Source: Acidobacteriota bacterium
GTDB taxonomy: Bacteria > Acidobacteriota > UBA6911 > RPQK01 > JADFOI01
Direction: 5' to 3'
NCBI GenBank assembly: GCA_963663035.1
Contig: OY760074.1
Coordinates: 2,208,001-2,272,000 of the forward strand
Length of the DNA: 64,000 bases
The notes beneath the pieces were generated by a model that had not been told where the DNA came from, made no database searches, and was given only the letters and a program-made list of their open reading frames with translations. A program made the translations under genes and the position numbers. Positions 10,615-21,350 of the stretch are shown piece after piece (the first letter of the stretch is position 1; each line of letters begins with the position of its first letter).

Positions 10615-11772
10615 CTAAGGCTCTGCCTTCTTCCGCAGAAAGGCAGGGACATCCAGTTCGTCCTCAGACTGTGAACGACTCGCGTGAATCAGAACCGGCT
10701 CTCGGGTCGTAAGGCTGCCTCCCTCGTCCTGCTTGGCCCTGCCCGGTTGGCGTCTGAAGGACAATGAATCTTCCATTTCCTCCTCGTCAAATCCGGTGGC
10801 AATGACCGTAATCTTGAGTTTGTCTTTCATCTGATCATCAAAGACCGAGCCGAAGATGATATTAGCATCGGGGTGGGCTGCATCCTGAACAATACGGCTT
10901 GCCTCGCTCACCTCATATAAGGTCATGTCTCGGCTACCCGTGATGTTGATCAGAACACCGCGAGCACCCTGGATGGTCGTGTCCTCGAGAAGCGGGCTGT
11001 TGATGGCTTTTCGTGCCGCGGTCTCGGCCCTGCTGTCTCCCTCGGCCACACCCGTTCCCATCAAGGCCATGCCCATTCCGGTAACGATGGTTTTAACATC
11101 GGCGAAGTCCAGGTTAATCACACCTGGAATGGTGATCAGATCGCTGATCCCCTGAACGGCCTGGCGCAACACATCATCGGCAAACTTAAATGCATCAACC
11201 AGGGAGGTACACTGAGGTACCGTGGTGAGGAGCCTTTCATTGGGAATAGTAATAACTGTGTCGGCACCCTCTCTCAACTCGACAACGGCCTGTTCTGCCT
11301 GGGACATTCGCTTTTTCCCTTCAAAAAGGAAGGGTTTGGTGACGACGGCCACTGTCAAAGCGCCCAATTCAGCCGAGAGGCTGGCTACGATGGGGGCGCT
11401 GCCCCCTCCCGTGCCACCGCCCAATCCAGCGGTAACAAACACCATATCGGCACCTTCCAGCAGCTCAATGATCTTTTCAGTATCCTCCAAGGCAGCTTGA
11501 CGGCCCACTTCGGGATTGGCTCCTGCTCCCAGCCCCTTAGTCAACTTGGCTCCCAGCTGGAGTTTCACCGGTGCATTGGACTGCCTCAAGGCCTGGAGAT
11601 CGGTGTTGGCGGAGATAAATTCCACCCCCTCGATGCCAGCCTCAATCATGCGGTTGACAGCATTACAGCCTCCGCCTCCAATCCCGATCACTTTGATCGA
11701 CGCCCCCGTCGCTCCTTCGTCGAATGACAGCCGGATGTCCCTATCTTTCTCATCAAACTGCAAATTACTCAT
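10615..11772 (-). CDS. ftsZ: Cell division GTPase FtsZ
   Basis: GGGTGGG tubulin loop, INLDFAD, C-terminal LDVPAFLR. Confidence 0.98.
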   Translation of the reverse strand: MSNLQFDEKDRDIRLSFDEGATGASIKVIGIGGGGCNAVNRMIEAGIEGVEFISANTDLQALRQSNAPVKLQLGAKLTKGLGAGANPEVGRQAALEDTEKIIELLEGADMVFVTAGLGGGTGGGSAPIVASLSAELGALTVAVVTKPFLFEGKKRMSQAEQAVVELREGADTVITIPNERLLTTVPQCTSLVDAFKFADDVLRQAVQGISDLITIPGVINLDFADVKTIVTGMGMALMGTGVAEGDSRAETAARKAINSPLLEDTTIQGARGVLINITGSRDMTLYEVSEASRIVQDAAHPDANIIFGSVFDDQMKDKLKITVIATGFDEEEMEDSLSFRRQPGRAKQDEGGSLTTREPVLIHASRSQSEDELDVPAFLRKKAEP

Positions 11773-11797
11773 GACAGCCTCCTCGGGAGCACACGCT

Positions 11798-13039
11798 TTA
11801 TCCGATCTTCTGCAGAAGCCAGTTACGGACTCTGAGTCCGGTGTCCCTGCGGCGGGCTCCTAGCATTGCCACTGGCTTGGCCACAACCGGGCTTGCAACG
11901 TCCTGGGTGTATCTTAAGAGCCCTAGAGAAGTCGAGTAAGAGGGGTGAAAAGCAGAATGATCGTGAGAGAGGACATTGACGGGATAACCCACTCGAACGG
12001 ACATCCCCAGCATCTGTTCAGTCCGGTCGGTCATACCGTCCATCAGAGACCCTCCCCCAGTCATCACCACTCCCGTGACCAGTTCCTTTTGCACTCCTAC
12101 CTGCTTGATCGTGGAATCCACTGCTTTGATAATCTCATCGCAGCGAGCCTGGATAATCTGACATAGTCGTCGCCGCGAAAGCGTGCGCCGACTACCTGAA
12201 CCGACTTCGCTCACTTCGATCAGCTCCTCAGCTGGAACACTCTCGGGAAAGACGCTGCCCACTGATCGTTTAAGCTGCTCCGCTTCCTCGAGCGGAGCCT
12301 TCATGCCGATGGCAATGTCCTTGGTGATCAAATCTCCCCCCAGGGGGAGCACCACGGAGTGCCAGATACTCCCCTGGTTGTAAACCGCAATATCTGTTGT
12401 CCCACCTCCAATATCCACCAGGACAGTTCCCAGCTCCTTCTCATCGGAGCTCAGGACGGCTTCAGCGGAGGCCAACTGCTGCATCACTACACCATTGACC
12501 AGAACTCCGGCCTTGTTGATAGCGTTAACGATGTTGTGCACCACAGCCGAGGCATTCAGGACCAGGTGCATAGACACCGAGAGATGCCGACCATTCATGC
12601 CCAGCGGATCGACGACCCCCTCAAGCCCATCCACATTGAAGTCTCGGGTCAGAACGTGGATGACCTGGTAGTCCTCCCCCACATCGAGGTCAGTTGCAGC
12701 AGACACTGCCCGATTGACATCGTCTCTGGTGATCTCACCGTCTTTACCGTGAACCTCCGTCTCCCCCGAACTGTTGACCCCACGGATATAGGCTCCCCCG
12801 ACACTCACATAGGCAGACTCGATCACTATTTGCGACTGTTTCTCAGCCTCCTCCAGAGAAGCCCTGATGCTTTCGACGGTCTCGGAGAGATTGACAACAA
12901 TACCCTTCTTCAGCCCCCTGGATCGAGCCCACCCGGTACCCAGGATTTCGATCTTGTTATTTTCAGTTCTGGCACAGGTAGAACAGATTTTGGTGGTACC
13001 GACGTCAATGCCAGCCACCAGCTGCTTCTTTTTCGCCAT
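11798..13039 (-). CDS. ftsA: Cell division protein FtsA
   Basis: [23 protein letters not shown]; start taken at MAKKKQ. Confidence 0.95.
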   Translation of the reverse strand: MAKKKQLVAGIDVGTTKICSTCARTENNKIEILGTGWARSRGLKKGIVVNLSETVESIRASLEEAEKQSQIVIESAYVSVGGAYIRGVNSSGETEVHGKDGEITRDDVNRAVSAATDLDVGEDYQVIHVLTRDFNVDGLEGVVDPLGMNGRHLSVSMHLVLNASAVVHNIVNAINKAGVLVNGVVMQQLASAEAVLSSDEKELGTVLVDIGGGTTDIAVYNQGSIWHSVVLPLGGDLITKDIAIGMKAPLEEAEQLKRSVGSVFPESVPAEELIEVSEVGSGSRRTLSRRRLCQIIQARCDEIIKAVDSTIKQVGVQKELVTGVVMTGGGSLMDGMTDRTEQMLGMSVRVGYPVNVLSHDHSAFHPSYSTSLGLLRYTQDVASPVVAKPVAMLGARRRDTGLRVRNWLLQKIG

Positions 13040-13056
13040 ACTCAAGTGCCTCGCAC

Positions 13057-13908
13057 TCAAGATTGATTGCTCGTTTGCGCCGTCACTGTTTCCCCTTTTT
13101 CCCCTGAAGTGTGGAAGATGATTCTGTCATCATAGGTCACATCGACGGACTCGATGATCCCGTACTCCTTCTTCAAGCGGTCGTACAGATCCTTCTGAGA
13201 GATAAAGGTCTCGTAGCGAGTTAAAAAGTGGTTGTCCCCAAGGAAGATGAGGATGGGATCATCATCGGGAATAACCGCCACATGCTCTGGGGCGGCTACG
13301 TCGATCTCCGAGATCGAGTGGTTATAAGAGTGCAGTTCCTCCAGTACCCGCAAATACATCTGCATCCTGAGGGCGTTTTCTTCCCTTGCATTCTCTCGTG
13401 CAACATTCTTCAATCCCCTCACAATCGGCTTGTCGATCGACTGGTGGCTGGGACCGGGGCGGTCCAATACCACTCCTTCCCGGTCAACCACGTAAAGTTC
13501 ATTGTCGATGGCCGCCAGGGCCACTGACTGCCGTTCACGAACGTGGATAAAGAGCTGGTTGGGAAGCTTGCGACGGATGGTGGCCTCCTTGACCCAAGAT
13601 TCTGATTCCACCAGATCCCGAATGCGATCCAGGTTGAGGGACATCAGGTTTTCGGGAATGCTCTGATAAATGAGCGAGTCCAGGGCCTGCCGGTCCAGGT
13701 GAGACAAACCCTCATAGTGGATCTCCGTGAGCTGAAAGAGCTTCGTCACCTCAGGAGGGTGACGGGAGTAATCCAGGGAATAGGCTCCCACCAAAACAAT
13801 GAGGCCCACCAGCACAACGCGACCGCAGACGATTGCAATCGCCTTGAGTTTCATTCGAATGTCAGTTCTTCCCTGATTCAAGGAAAGCTTCTCCGATCTT
13901 CCAAACAT
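13057..13908 (-). CDS. ftsQ: FtsQ/DivIB (POTRA) cell division protein; start uncertain
   Basis: Single TM followed by WVKEATIRRKLPNQL POTRA signature; lies between murC and ftsA. Confidence 0.88.
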   Translation of the reverse strand: MFGRSEKLSLNQGRTDIRMKLKAIAIVCGRVVLVGLIVLVGAYSLDYSRHPPEVTKLFQLTEIHYEGLSHLDRQALDSLIYQSIPENLMSLNLDRIRDLVESESWVKEATIRRKLPNQLFIHVRERQSVALAAIDNELYVVDREGVVLDRPGPSHQSIDKPIVRGLKNVARENAREENALRMQMYLRVLEELHSYNHSISEIDVAAPEHVAVIPDDDPILIFLGDNHFLTRYETFISQKDLYDRLKKEYGIIESVDVTYDDRIIFHTSGEKGETVTAQTSNQS

Positions 13909-15232
13909 TTCCTGCCCCCAGTGTAAGTAACAAATCGCCCGCCTTTGTTTCTCTTCTCAGATCTGCGAGCAATTCTTGTGTGTTCGGCATGTATTTGACC
14001 TGACGATGGCGGCCAATCCCCCGCGCAAGCTGCTCAGAGGTCACACCAGGAATAGGATTCTCGCCAGCCGGGTAGATATCCATCAAATAGAGCACATCCG
14101 CATCGTCAAAGCACTGGCTCATCTCTTCCATCAGGTGCTGTGTACGGGTATAGCGATGGGGTTGAAACACGACTACAGTGCGGCGCCCGCCCATTTTGCA
14201 CGCCCCCAGGGTGGCCCGAATCTCTGCCGGGTGATGTCCATAGTCATCGATAACCCACACGCTGTGTTTCTCTCCCTTCCATTGGAGCCGTCTCTCTACC
14301 CCCCGGAAGGCCGCCAGTGAGCGCTGGATGACTTCGAAAGGCGCCTCAATCAGCTGCCGACCGACAGCCACTGCGGCCAGAGAGTTCAAAACATTGTGCC
14401 GTCCTGGAACATGGAGTTCGATTCGTCCTAAGCAGTTACCCTGCTCATAGCAGTCATAACTGGACTTCAGCCACCCTAACTCCAACCGCTGGGCACACAT
14501 ACCAGTCTCTGGCTCCAACCCGTAGGTTACCACCCGGCGGTGAAGTTTTTTCAGAACCGGTCCCAAATTGACATCCTCTCCACAAGCCACCACCAGGCCA
14601 TCACTAGCCGTCTGATTCAAGTGTTCTAGAAAAGTTTCTTGAAGGTCTTCAAGGTCGCGGTACTCATCCATGTGGTCCAGGCCTATATTGGTAACAACGC
14701 TGCAGACCGGAGAGAGTCTGAGAAAACTGCGATCACTTTCATCAGCTTCCGCCACAAACCACTCCCCTTCTCCTGGTCGAACATTGCCCCCAATTGCCTC
14801 AAAGCGGGCTCCAATGACAATGGTGGGGTCCAACCCCGCCTCCAGCAACATCAAGGCGATCATGGAGGTTGTGGTGGTTTTACCGTGCGTGCCTGCTATG
14901 GTGATCCCTTTCTTCTCGCTCATCAGCTCGGCCAGCATCTCACCCCGCGAAATCACGGGCAGCTGCCGGTCTTGAGCCAAAACCAACTCCGGACTTTCCG
15001 GTGGCACGGCACTGGAAAAGACGACCGCTTCTGCCTCTTCCAGATTACGGGCATCATGCCCGATGGAAATTCGGGCGCCCTTTTGGCGCAGCCTATCCAC
15101 TAACGCACTTTCCTCAAGGTCCGATCCTGAGACCTCATAGCCTTCACAAAGCAAAAGTTCAGCCAGACCACTCATGCCGATCCCGCCGATTCCCACAAAG
15201 TGAAATTTCCTCAGTCCTGAAATACCCATCAC
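13862..15232 (-). CDS. murC: UDP-N-acetylmuramate--L-alanine ligase
   Basis: GIGGIGMSG, GTHGKTTT, EADESD, DDYGHHP. Confidence 0.97.
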   Translation of the reverse strand: MMGISGLRKFHFVGIGGIGMSGLAELLLCEGYEVSGSDLEESALVDRLRQKGARISIGHDARNLEEAEAVVFSSAVPPESPELVLAQDRQLPVISRGEMLAELMSEKKGITIAGTHGKTTTTSMIALMLLEAGLDPTIVIGARFEAIGGNVRPGEGEWFVAEADESDRSFLRLSPVCSVVTNIGLDHMDEYRDLEDLQETFLEHLNQTASDGLVVACGEDVNLGPVLKKLHRRVVTYGLEPETGMCAQRLELGWLKSSYDCYEQGNCLGRIELHVPGRHNVLNSLAAVAVGRQLIEAPFEVIQRSLAAFRGVERRLQWKGEKHSVWVIDDYGHHPAEIRATLGACKMGGRRTVVVFQPHRYTRTQHLMEEMSQCFDDADVLYLMDIYPAGENPIPGVTSEQLARGIGRHRQVKYMPNTQELLADLRRETKAGDLLLTLGAGNVWKIGEAFLESGKN

Positions 15233-16305
15233 TCTTTTAGAACCAGCTCTTCCATGAACTCAATGATCCTGCGTCGACTGTCGTGATGAGCAAACCGCCG
15301 GCTGGCTTGTGCCATTTGATGGAGACGTGGACGGTCCTTTGCCAACTCCACGAGAAGGCTGGCCAGCTCCTGACCGGTGGTCTCTGACTGCTCCAGGGAC
15401 AGAGCTGCCTCTTTCTCCACAAGGGCTTGGGCATTCCTGCGCTGATGATCGTCGGCAGCATGGGGCAGAGGAATCAGGACAGCGGGTCTTCCAGCCGCTG
15501 CAATCTCAGCCACTGTCGAAGCACCGGCGCGCGACAGAATCAGGTCGGCACGATCGAAGTAGGCCGGCATGTCTTGAATAAAATCGATCACCTCTGCCTC
15601 GAAACCCGCTTGTTTATATCTCTCCTTCACCGAAAAATAGTCACCAAGGCCGGTCTGATGAACAACCGTGATCTCACCGGAAGGCAGAAATGGGAGTGCC
15701 TCACACACTAATCGGTTTATGGGACTGCTTCCCTGGCTACCGCCGAAAATGAGCAAGCGAAGCGGCCCACTGGTTGCAATCTTTGAACTGATCTGGTGAA
15801 ATTCCTGCCGGACTGGAATTCCGGTCAGTCGGGCCTTGTTCCCAAACGGCTGGACCGTCTCCTCAAAGGCCACCGCCGCCCCATCCACCCAGCGTGCCAG
15901 AACACGGTTAGTAAAGCCAGGTTGGACATTGGGTTCGATGAGCAAGGAGGGCAGCCCAACGGTCCTACCGGCCAGCATGATCGGACCCGAGACATACCCC
16001 CCCAGGCCGACGATGATGGATGGACAGAAATCTTTGATTATTCTCATAGATGAGAGCAGGCTTCCTGGAATCTGCAGGACAGTGGCAGCCGCCCTGAAGA
16101 GCCCCACACCTTTAAAACCCCCGATTTTTATGGTCTGAAATCGAAAACCCAGGGCCGCTACAATATCTTTTCCCATGCCTCCTCTAGCACCCACAAAGAG
16201 CACTTCAACATCGGGTTTTTGCTTCTTGAGTTCCCTGGCCAGGGCCACCGCCATAAAAATATGCCCGCCCGTCCCCCCACCGGCGAAAAGAACACGCTCA
16301 ATCAT
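15229..16305 (-). CDS. murG: Lipid II GlcNAc transferase MurG
   Basis: GGGTGGH, GGSQG, RAGASTVAE, DDHQRRNA. Confidence 0.97.
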   Translation of the reverse strand: MIERVLFAGGGTGGHIFMAVALARELKKQKPDVEVLFVGARGGMGKDIVAALGFRFQTIKIGGFKGVGLFRAAATVLQIPGSLLSSMRIIKDFCPSIIVGLGGYVSGPIMLAGRTVGLPSLLIEPNVQPGFTNRVLARWVDGAAVAFEETVQPFGNKARLTGIPVRQEFHQISSKIATSGPLRLLIFGGSQGSSPINRLVCEALPFLPSGEITVVHQTGLGDYFSVKERYKQAGFEAEVIDFIQDMPAYFDRADLILSRAGASTVAEIAAAGRPAVLIPLPHAADDHQRRNAQALVEKEAALSLEQSETTGQELASLLVELAKDRPRLHQMAQASRRFAHHDSRRRIIEFMEELVLKE

Positions 16306-17432
16306 TGATCACTAAACTTCATATCTCGGAGCGCTGCGCCCCGGCCCTGACGGGAGATATTCAACAGAATCCCGACTGCAGCCATGGTCATGATCATGGA
16401 GGAACCGCCCACGGAGACAAACGGTAGGGGAAGTCCTTTGGTGGGCAGAAGACTGATGACCATGCTCATATTCACGAAGGCCTGAAAGACGATCATGCAG
16501 GCAATTCCCAAGCCCAAATAAGTTCCAAACGCACTCTCCGCGCGCACGGCAATTCGGGTCCCTCTCCAAAAGAGCAACCCAAAGAGAACCAGTACGGTTA
16601 AGCACCCCAAGAATCCGAATTCTTCTCCTACCACGGCATAAATAAAATCGGTGTGGGGTTCGGGCAGAAAGAATAATTTCTGTTTGCCCTGGGCATAACC
16701 AAGACCGTTCCACCCTCCCGAGCCTACCGCAATTAAGCTCTGACGAATCTGATAACCGATTCCATAGGGATCCAGTTCTGGATCCAGGAAAGCCAAAACA
16801 CGGTTGAGACGATAAGGGACCAGGACGACCAGAAAATACAGGGTGGGAATGACGGCCAGTATCAGGCCCAGTAGATAACGATAACGCAGCCCTCCCAAAT
16901 AGAGCAGGAAAGTTGCAGTGAGAGCAATGCTTGCAGCAGTACCTAAATCCGGCTCTATCAGTACCAGGAAGACCACCGTTCCGACAACAGCCAGGTAAGG
17001 GAGCACGCCTCGTTTGAAGGTGTGCAGCTCCTCCTTTCGAGTGGCCAGGTAAAAGGAACTAAACAGGACAACGGCGAGTTTGGCCAATTCTGAGGGTTGA
17101 AAATTGGCTGGTCCGAATCTGATCCAACGCTGAACTCCATTGGATCCTGGCACCAAGAGAAGGAAAACCAAAAGCACCAGGCTCAAGGTCACCAGAGAAT
17201 AGATCACGGTGCGCCGCTCGTAGAAGTGGTAGTCGATTTTCATGCTCACCATGAGGGTCACGAGTCCCAGGACGACAAAAAGAAGCTGGCGCGTGAAAAT
17301 CCAGGTCTGCGACCCGTAGAGTTCAGCTGAAACCACTGTTGAGGCAGTGAAAACCATGATTAAACCGAAGCCCAGAAGAGCCAGTACAATCACTATCAAT
17401 CCTTGATCGTAGGGAATTCTCCGGTTCATCAT
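16302..17432 (-). CDS. ftsW: SEDS peptidoglycan polymerase FtsW
   Basis: FQPSELAK, EPDLG, LPEPHTDFI, LPFVSVGGSS. Confidence 0.96.
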   Translation of the reverse strand: MMNRRIPYDQGLIVIVLALLGFGLIMVFTASTVVSAELYGSQTWIFTRQLLFVVLGLVTLMVSMKIDYHFYERRTVIYSLVTLSLVLLVFLLLVPGSNGVQRWIRFGPANFQPSELAKLAVVLFSSFYLATRKEELHTFKRGVLPYLAVVGTVVFLVLIEPDLGTAASIALTATFLLYLGGLRYRYLLGLILAVIPTLYFLVVLVPYRLNRVLAFLDPELDPYGIGYQIRQSLIAVGSGGWNGLGYAQGKQKLFFLPEPHTDFIYAVVGEEFGFLGCLTVLVLFGLLFWRGTRIAVRAESAFGTYLGLGIACMIVFQAFVNMSMVISLLPTKGLPLPFVSVGGSSMIMTMAAVGILLNISRQGRGAALRDMKFSDQ

Positions 17433-17438
17433 CAGAGG

Positions 17439-18812
17439 TCAGATTTCTTTTGTTTCGGTCAGTTGGTTCACCATCTCTTTGAAGACTTTACCCCGATGCT
17501 CGAAGTCGTCGAACATGTCGAAGCTGGTACAGCCAGGAGAGAGCAAGACCGTATCGCCTGGAAGAGCGTTCTCATAGGCCAGTTCCACAGCCTCTTTCAT
17601 GTCTTTGGCTCGCCGGGTCGCTACGATACTGCCCAAACTTTGGGAAATCTTGTCGCTGGCAGCCCCCAGCAAGACAAGCAGCTTCACCTTCTCAGCTACC
17701 CAGGGACGCAGGACCTCGAAATCAGCCCCTTTGTCCTTGCCTCCCATGATCACGAGGAGAGGTTCAGTAAAGGCCTGGAGAGCCCGACTGGCCGAGTCCA
17801 TGTTGGTCGCCTTCGAGTCGTTGTAGAAGGCAACGCCCTGGAGTTCCCGGACCCATTCAAGGCGGTGCTCGAGGCCGGCAAAGCTACGAAAAGTCTCGAC
17901 CATGACTTCCCGATCAACACCGGACAAAAACCCGGCGGCTGTTGCCGCCAGGATATTCTCTAGATTGTGATTTCCCTTGAGGCGGATCTCGCTGATCGGC
18001 ATGAGGCGCTGCTTCTGGCCTCCCCAGTTCACTTGGATCGAACCGTTGTGAACGAACACACCTTCCTTCAGATCTTGCTTCCGGCTATAGAGCACCACAG
18101 GTGCGGTACGGTGGCTTGCCATTTTCAAGGTGAAAGGATTGTCTGCATTGAGCACCGCAAGGTCCTCACTTGTCTGGTTGAGAAAGATCCGTTCCTTAGC
18201 ACGGAGGTAGTCAGCAAAGTTCTCATAGCGATCCTGGTGATCGGGACTCACATTGAGGAGCAGTGCAATGTCGCACTTGAATTTCTTGATGCTTTCCAAC
18301 TGAAAAGAAGAGAGTTCCACCACGAACGTTCTCTGCAGGGAAGTCGAACGGGGGGGCGTCTTGACCCACTGGATGAGTGGCGGGCCGATATTGCCGGCCA
18401 CCACACAGTCTTTGCCGGAGTTCTTAAACAACTCACCGATGAGGGTGGTGGTCGTTGTTTTCCCGTTGGAGCCGCTTACGCCGATGAATTTGCCATCAAG
18501 AAAGCGATAGGCCAACTCGATCTCGCTATAGATGGGGATCTTCCGTTCCGACGCTGTCAGCAGCTCCGGCAAGTTGGAGGGCACACCCGGGCTAAGGACG
18601 ATAAAATCTGCACCCAGAAAGTCCTCTCTTTTATGACCGCCTAGAGAGAGAGTGGTGGGAGTGCTCAATTGCGCAATCCAATCCTTTAAATCTTCTTCGC
18701 TCTTGGTGTCCGTGATTGTGACCCTGGCGCCCCGCTTGAGAAGAAAATTTGCGGCAGAGAGCCCGCTTCGGGCAAATCCCACGACCAGGATTTCTTTATT
18801 CTCCACATTCAT
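17439..18812 (-). CDS. murD: MurD ligase
   Basis: GSNGKTTT, ELSSFQL, NDSKATN, SPGCTSFDMF. Confidence 0.97.
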   Translation of the reverse strand: MNVENKEILVVGFARSGLSAANFLLKRGARVTITDTKSEEDLKDWIAQLSTPTTLSLGGHKREDFLGADFIVLSPGVPSNLPELLTASERKIPIYSEIELAYRFLDGKFIGVSGSNGKTTTTTLIGELFKNSGKDCVVAGNIGPPLIQWVKTPPRSTSLQRTFVVELSSFQLESIKKFKCDIALLLNVSPDHQDRYENFADYLRAKERIFLNQTSEDLAVLNADNPFTLKMASHRTAPVVLYSRKQDLKEGVFVHNGSIQVNWGGQKQRLMPISEIRLKGNHNLENILAATAAGFLSGVDREVMVETFRSFAGLEHRLEWVRELQGVAFYNDSKATNMDSASRALQAFTEPLLVIMGGKDKGADFEVLRPWVAEKVKLLVLLGAASDKISQSLGSIVATRRAKDMKEAVELAYENALPGDTVLLSPGCTSFDMFDDFEHRGKVFKEMVNQLTETKEI

Positions 18813-18819
18813 TCAGGCT

Positions 18820-19932
18820 TCACCGGAGCTTCAGGGTCGTCAGACTAAACAGGGCAAAGATCATCCCCAGAATCCAGAAGCGAACCACCACCTTAGTTTC
18901 CGCCCAACCCCGAAGCTCGAAGTGATGGTGAAGTGGAGCCATCAGCAGGATCCGTTTTCCCCATACCTTGTAGGAAATAACCTGAGCAATTACCGAGATC
19001 GCTTCCACGACGAAGATCCCTCCGATGAGGAGCAGCAGAAGTTCCTGCTTAATCAGCACCGCAACAGTCCCAATGGCACCTCCCAAGGACATGGAGCCAA
19101 CATCACCCATGAAGATTTGAGCGGGATAACTGTTGTACCACAGGAACCCCAGTGTGGCTCCAACCATGGCTCCACAAAAGATACTCAGCTCGCTGGTATA
19201 AGTGTTTTTGATGAGGTCCAGATAGGTTGCAAAGGTCGCGTGTGCGGTGACATAAGTCAGCACGGTCAGTGCCGAGGCAGCGATGATGACCAGCCCAGAG
19301 GCCAGGCCATCCAGACCGTCCGTAAGATTGACGGCGTTGCTGCTGCCAATGAGGACCAGGAGAGTAAAAAGGATCAGCGGGAGGAACGTTGAGACGCCCA
19401 ATATCTTCAGATCCATCTCCGGCGTAAAGCTCTTGAAAAAGGGCACGCTCAGCCCGCTGCTGTAAAGATCGTGACGATTGAGAGCGATGAGAATACCCGC
19501 AATCCCCAGTGCGATCAGACTCTGCAGGACCAGCTTGTGTCGCACTCGCAGCCCCAAGGACCTCTTGTTGATGAGCTTCAAATAGTCGTCAATGAAACCT
19601 ACAGTGGCAAAGAGAACCAGCGAGATCAGGGCCACCCAGATGTAGAGATTTGTCAGGTCCGCCCACAAGACTGTGGGTAGGACGATACTGATGACAATGA
19701 GCAGCCCCCCCATGGTGGGAGTTCCGACTTTGTCGTGATGATGCTTAGGGGCCTCTTCTTGAATGTATTGCCCAATCTGAAATTGTCTCAGCCGGGCAAT
19801 CAGCCATGGGCCCACCAGAAGGCTGATCATCAGAGCCGTCAGAGAGGCATAGGCGGTGCGGAAAGTGATATATCGCACCACATTGAGGATGGAATACTCG
19901 TCAATAAAGGGATAGACAAGGTGATAGATCAA
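18820..19932 (-). CDS. mraY: Phospho-MurNAc-pentapeptide translocase
   Basis: TPTMGG, NLTDGLDGLA, FMGDVGS, MAPLHHHFE; TTG start overlapping the murF stop (TTGA). Confidence 0.96.
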   Translation of the reverse strand: MIYHLVYPFIDEYSILNVVRYITFRTAYASLTALMISLLVGPWLIARLRQFQIGQYIQEEAPKHHHDKVGTPTMGGLLIVISIVLPTVLWADLTNLYIWVALISLVLFATVGFIDDYLKLINKRSLGLRVRHKLVLQSLIALGIAGILIALNRHDLYSSGLSVPFFKSFTPEMDLKILGVSTFLPLILFTLLVLIGSSNAVNLTDGLDGLASGLVIIAASALTVLTYVTAHATFATYLDLIKNTYTSELSIFCGAMVGATLGFLWYNSYPAQIFMGDVGSMSLGGAIGTVAVLIKQELLLLLIGGIFVVEAISVIAQVISYKVWGKRILLMAPLHHHFELRGWAETKVVVRFWILGMIFALFSLTTLKLR

Positions 19933-21350
19933 GTTTTTCCTTTCCCCTTTATGGCTTGGACAATTTGATCCATGCGGACTCCCCTTGAGCCCTTGACCAG
20001 AAGGAAGTCCCCGCAACCGAGTTCCTCCACCAGAAAGTCAGCCGCTTCCCGGGAACTTTCAAAGTGTCTGATTTTCTCAGGAGCAAAGCCCTTTTCCTTT
20101 GCTCCCTGCCCGATGTAGCGGGCATCCTCACCAACCGTCACCAGCAGATCCGCGGCACACTGTACGACCTGCTGACCCGCCTGGCGATGGAACTCAGGGC
20201 TGCGGGAACCCAGTTCCAGCATCTCTCCCAAGGCTAGAAGCTTGCGAGGAAAACCACTTAACTGACCGACAGTTTCCAACACGATGTTTAGGGCCTGAGG
20301 GTTCGAATTGTATGAATCGTCCCAGAGCGTGATGGAACCATCTTTTCCCTGCTCTCCGACTTGATGGACTCGTCCCCGCATGGAGGGCACCTTTAATCTT
20401 CCGATGCCATCACAGATCTCCTCTCGGGAGAGGCCAAAGGTCACAGCCACGGCCACCGCTGCTGCAATGTTGTACAGAAAGTGCTTCCCCACGAAGGGAA
20501 CCTTAGCAGTGAGGCGTTCCCCACGGGCATCGAGCTCAAAGCTCATTTCGCCAAGACCATCAAAGCGATAATCCAAAACCCGGATACCAGCCTGATTCTC
20601 TAGACTAAAAGAAACTTTTTCCCCACTGAAAGTCGCAGCCAGACGAGAAAGCCGGGGATCGTCGGCGTTGAAAAACAACTTACCCCGCTGGGGAAGCCCC
20701 TCCAGGATCTCCCCTTTCGCAGCAGCGATTTCATCCAGATCGGAAAAGAACTCCAAGTGGACAGCTGCCACATTGGTCAACAAGGCCGAGTCTGGTCTGC
20801 AAATTTTCGTCAGGGCTCGGATCTCTCCAGGATGGTTCATCCCCAGTTCCACGAGTGCCAGCTGGTGTTCTTCTGCCAGCTGTAAGAGAGAAAGCGGGAC
20901 ACCAATCTGGTTATTGAGGTTGCCGGGAGATTGAACCACTTTGAACCTCTGGCTTAAGAGGGTGGCCACAAACTCTCGGGTGGTGGTCTTCCCTATACTT
21001 CCGGAAATGGCAATCAGTGTTTTCCCCCACCTCTTGCGGACATGGTAGGCCAAGGTTTGAAGAGCAGCTTCAGTCTGATCCACCTGAAGAAAGACTCGAT
21101 CTTTCCAATGGGAGGAATCGACGGAATTCTCTGAGAAGATGATCGTGGAAGCACCTTTCCTGAGAGCTTCCTCGACAAAGTCATGACCGTTAAACCGCTG
21201 TCCTTTAACGGCGATAAAGCATTCACCGGCTCGAATGGTGCGGCTGTCTATTGAGACGGAAGGAAACGAGGATCGGGTATCGAAGACAGTGCTCCCCTGT
21301 GGGCGAACTTTCAATGCCTCAGCGACTTCACCAACAGACAATTCGATCAC
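19929..21350 (-). CDS. murF: MurF ligase
   Basis: GSIGKTTT, ELGMNHPGEI, DDSYNSNP, VKGSRG. Confidence 0.96.
   Translation of the reverse strand: MIELSVGEVAEALKVRPQGSTVFDTRSSFPSVSIDSRTIRAGECFIAVKGQRFNGHDFVEEALRKGASTIIFSENSVDSSHWKDRVFLQVDQTEAALQTLAYHVRKRWGKTLIAISGSIGKTTTREFVATLLSQRFKVVQSPGNLNNQIGVPLSLLQLAEEHQLALVELGMNHPGEIRALTKICRPDSALLTNVAAVHLEFFSDLDEIAAAKGEILEGLPQRGKLFFNADDPRLSRLAATFSGEKVSFSLENQAGIRVLDYRFDGLGEMSFELDARGERLTAKVPFVGKHFLYNIAAAVAVAVTFGLSREEICDGIGRLKVPSMRGRVHQVGEQGKDGSITLWDDSYNSNPQALNIVLETVGQLSGFPRKLLALGEMLELGSRSPEFHRQAGQQVVQCAADLLVTVGEDARYIGQGAKEKGFAPEKIRHFESSREAADFLVEELGCGDFLLVKGSRGVRMDQIVQAIKGKGKT

Noticed and set aside
13057-15232. murB and ddl missing between murC and ftsQ
   Set aside because: A common dcw variant; the genes are probably elsewhere in the genome
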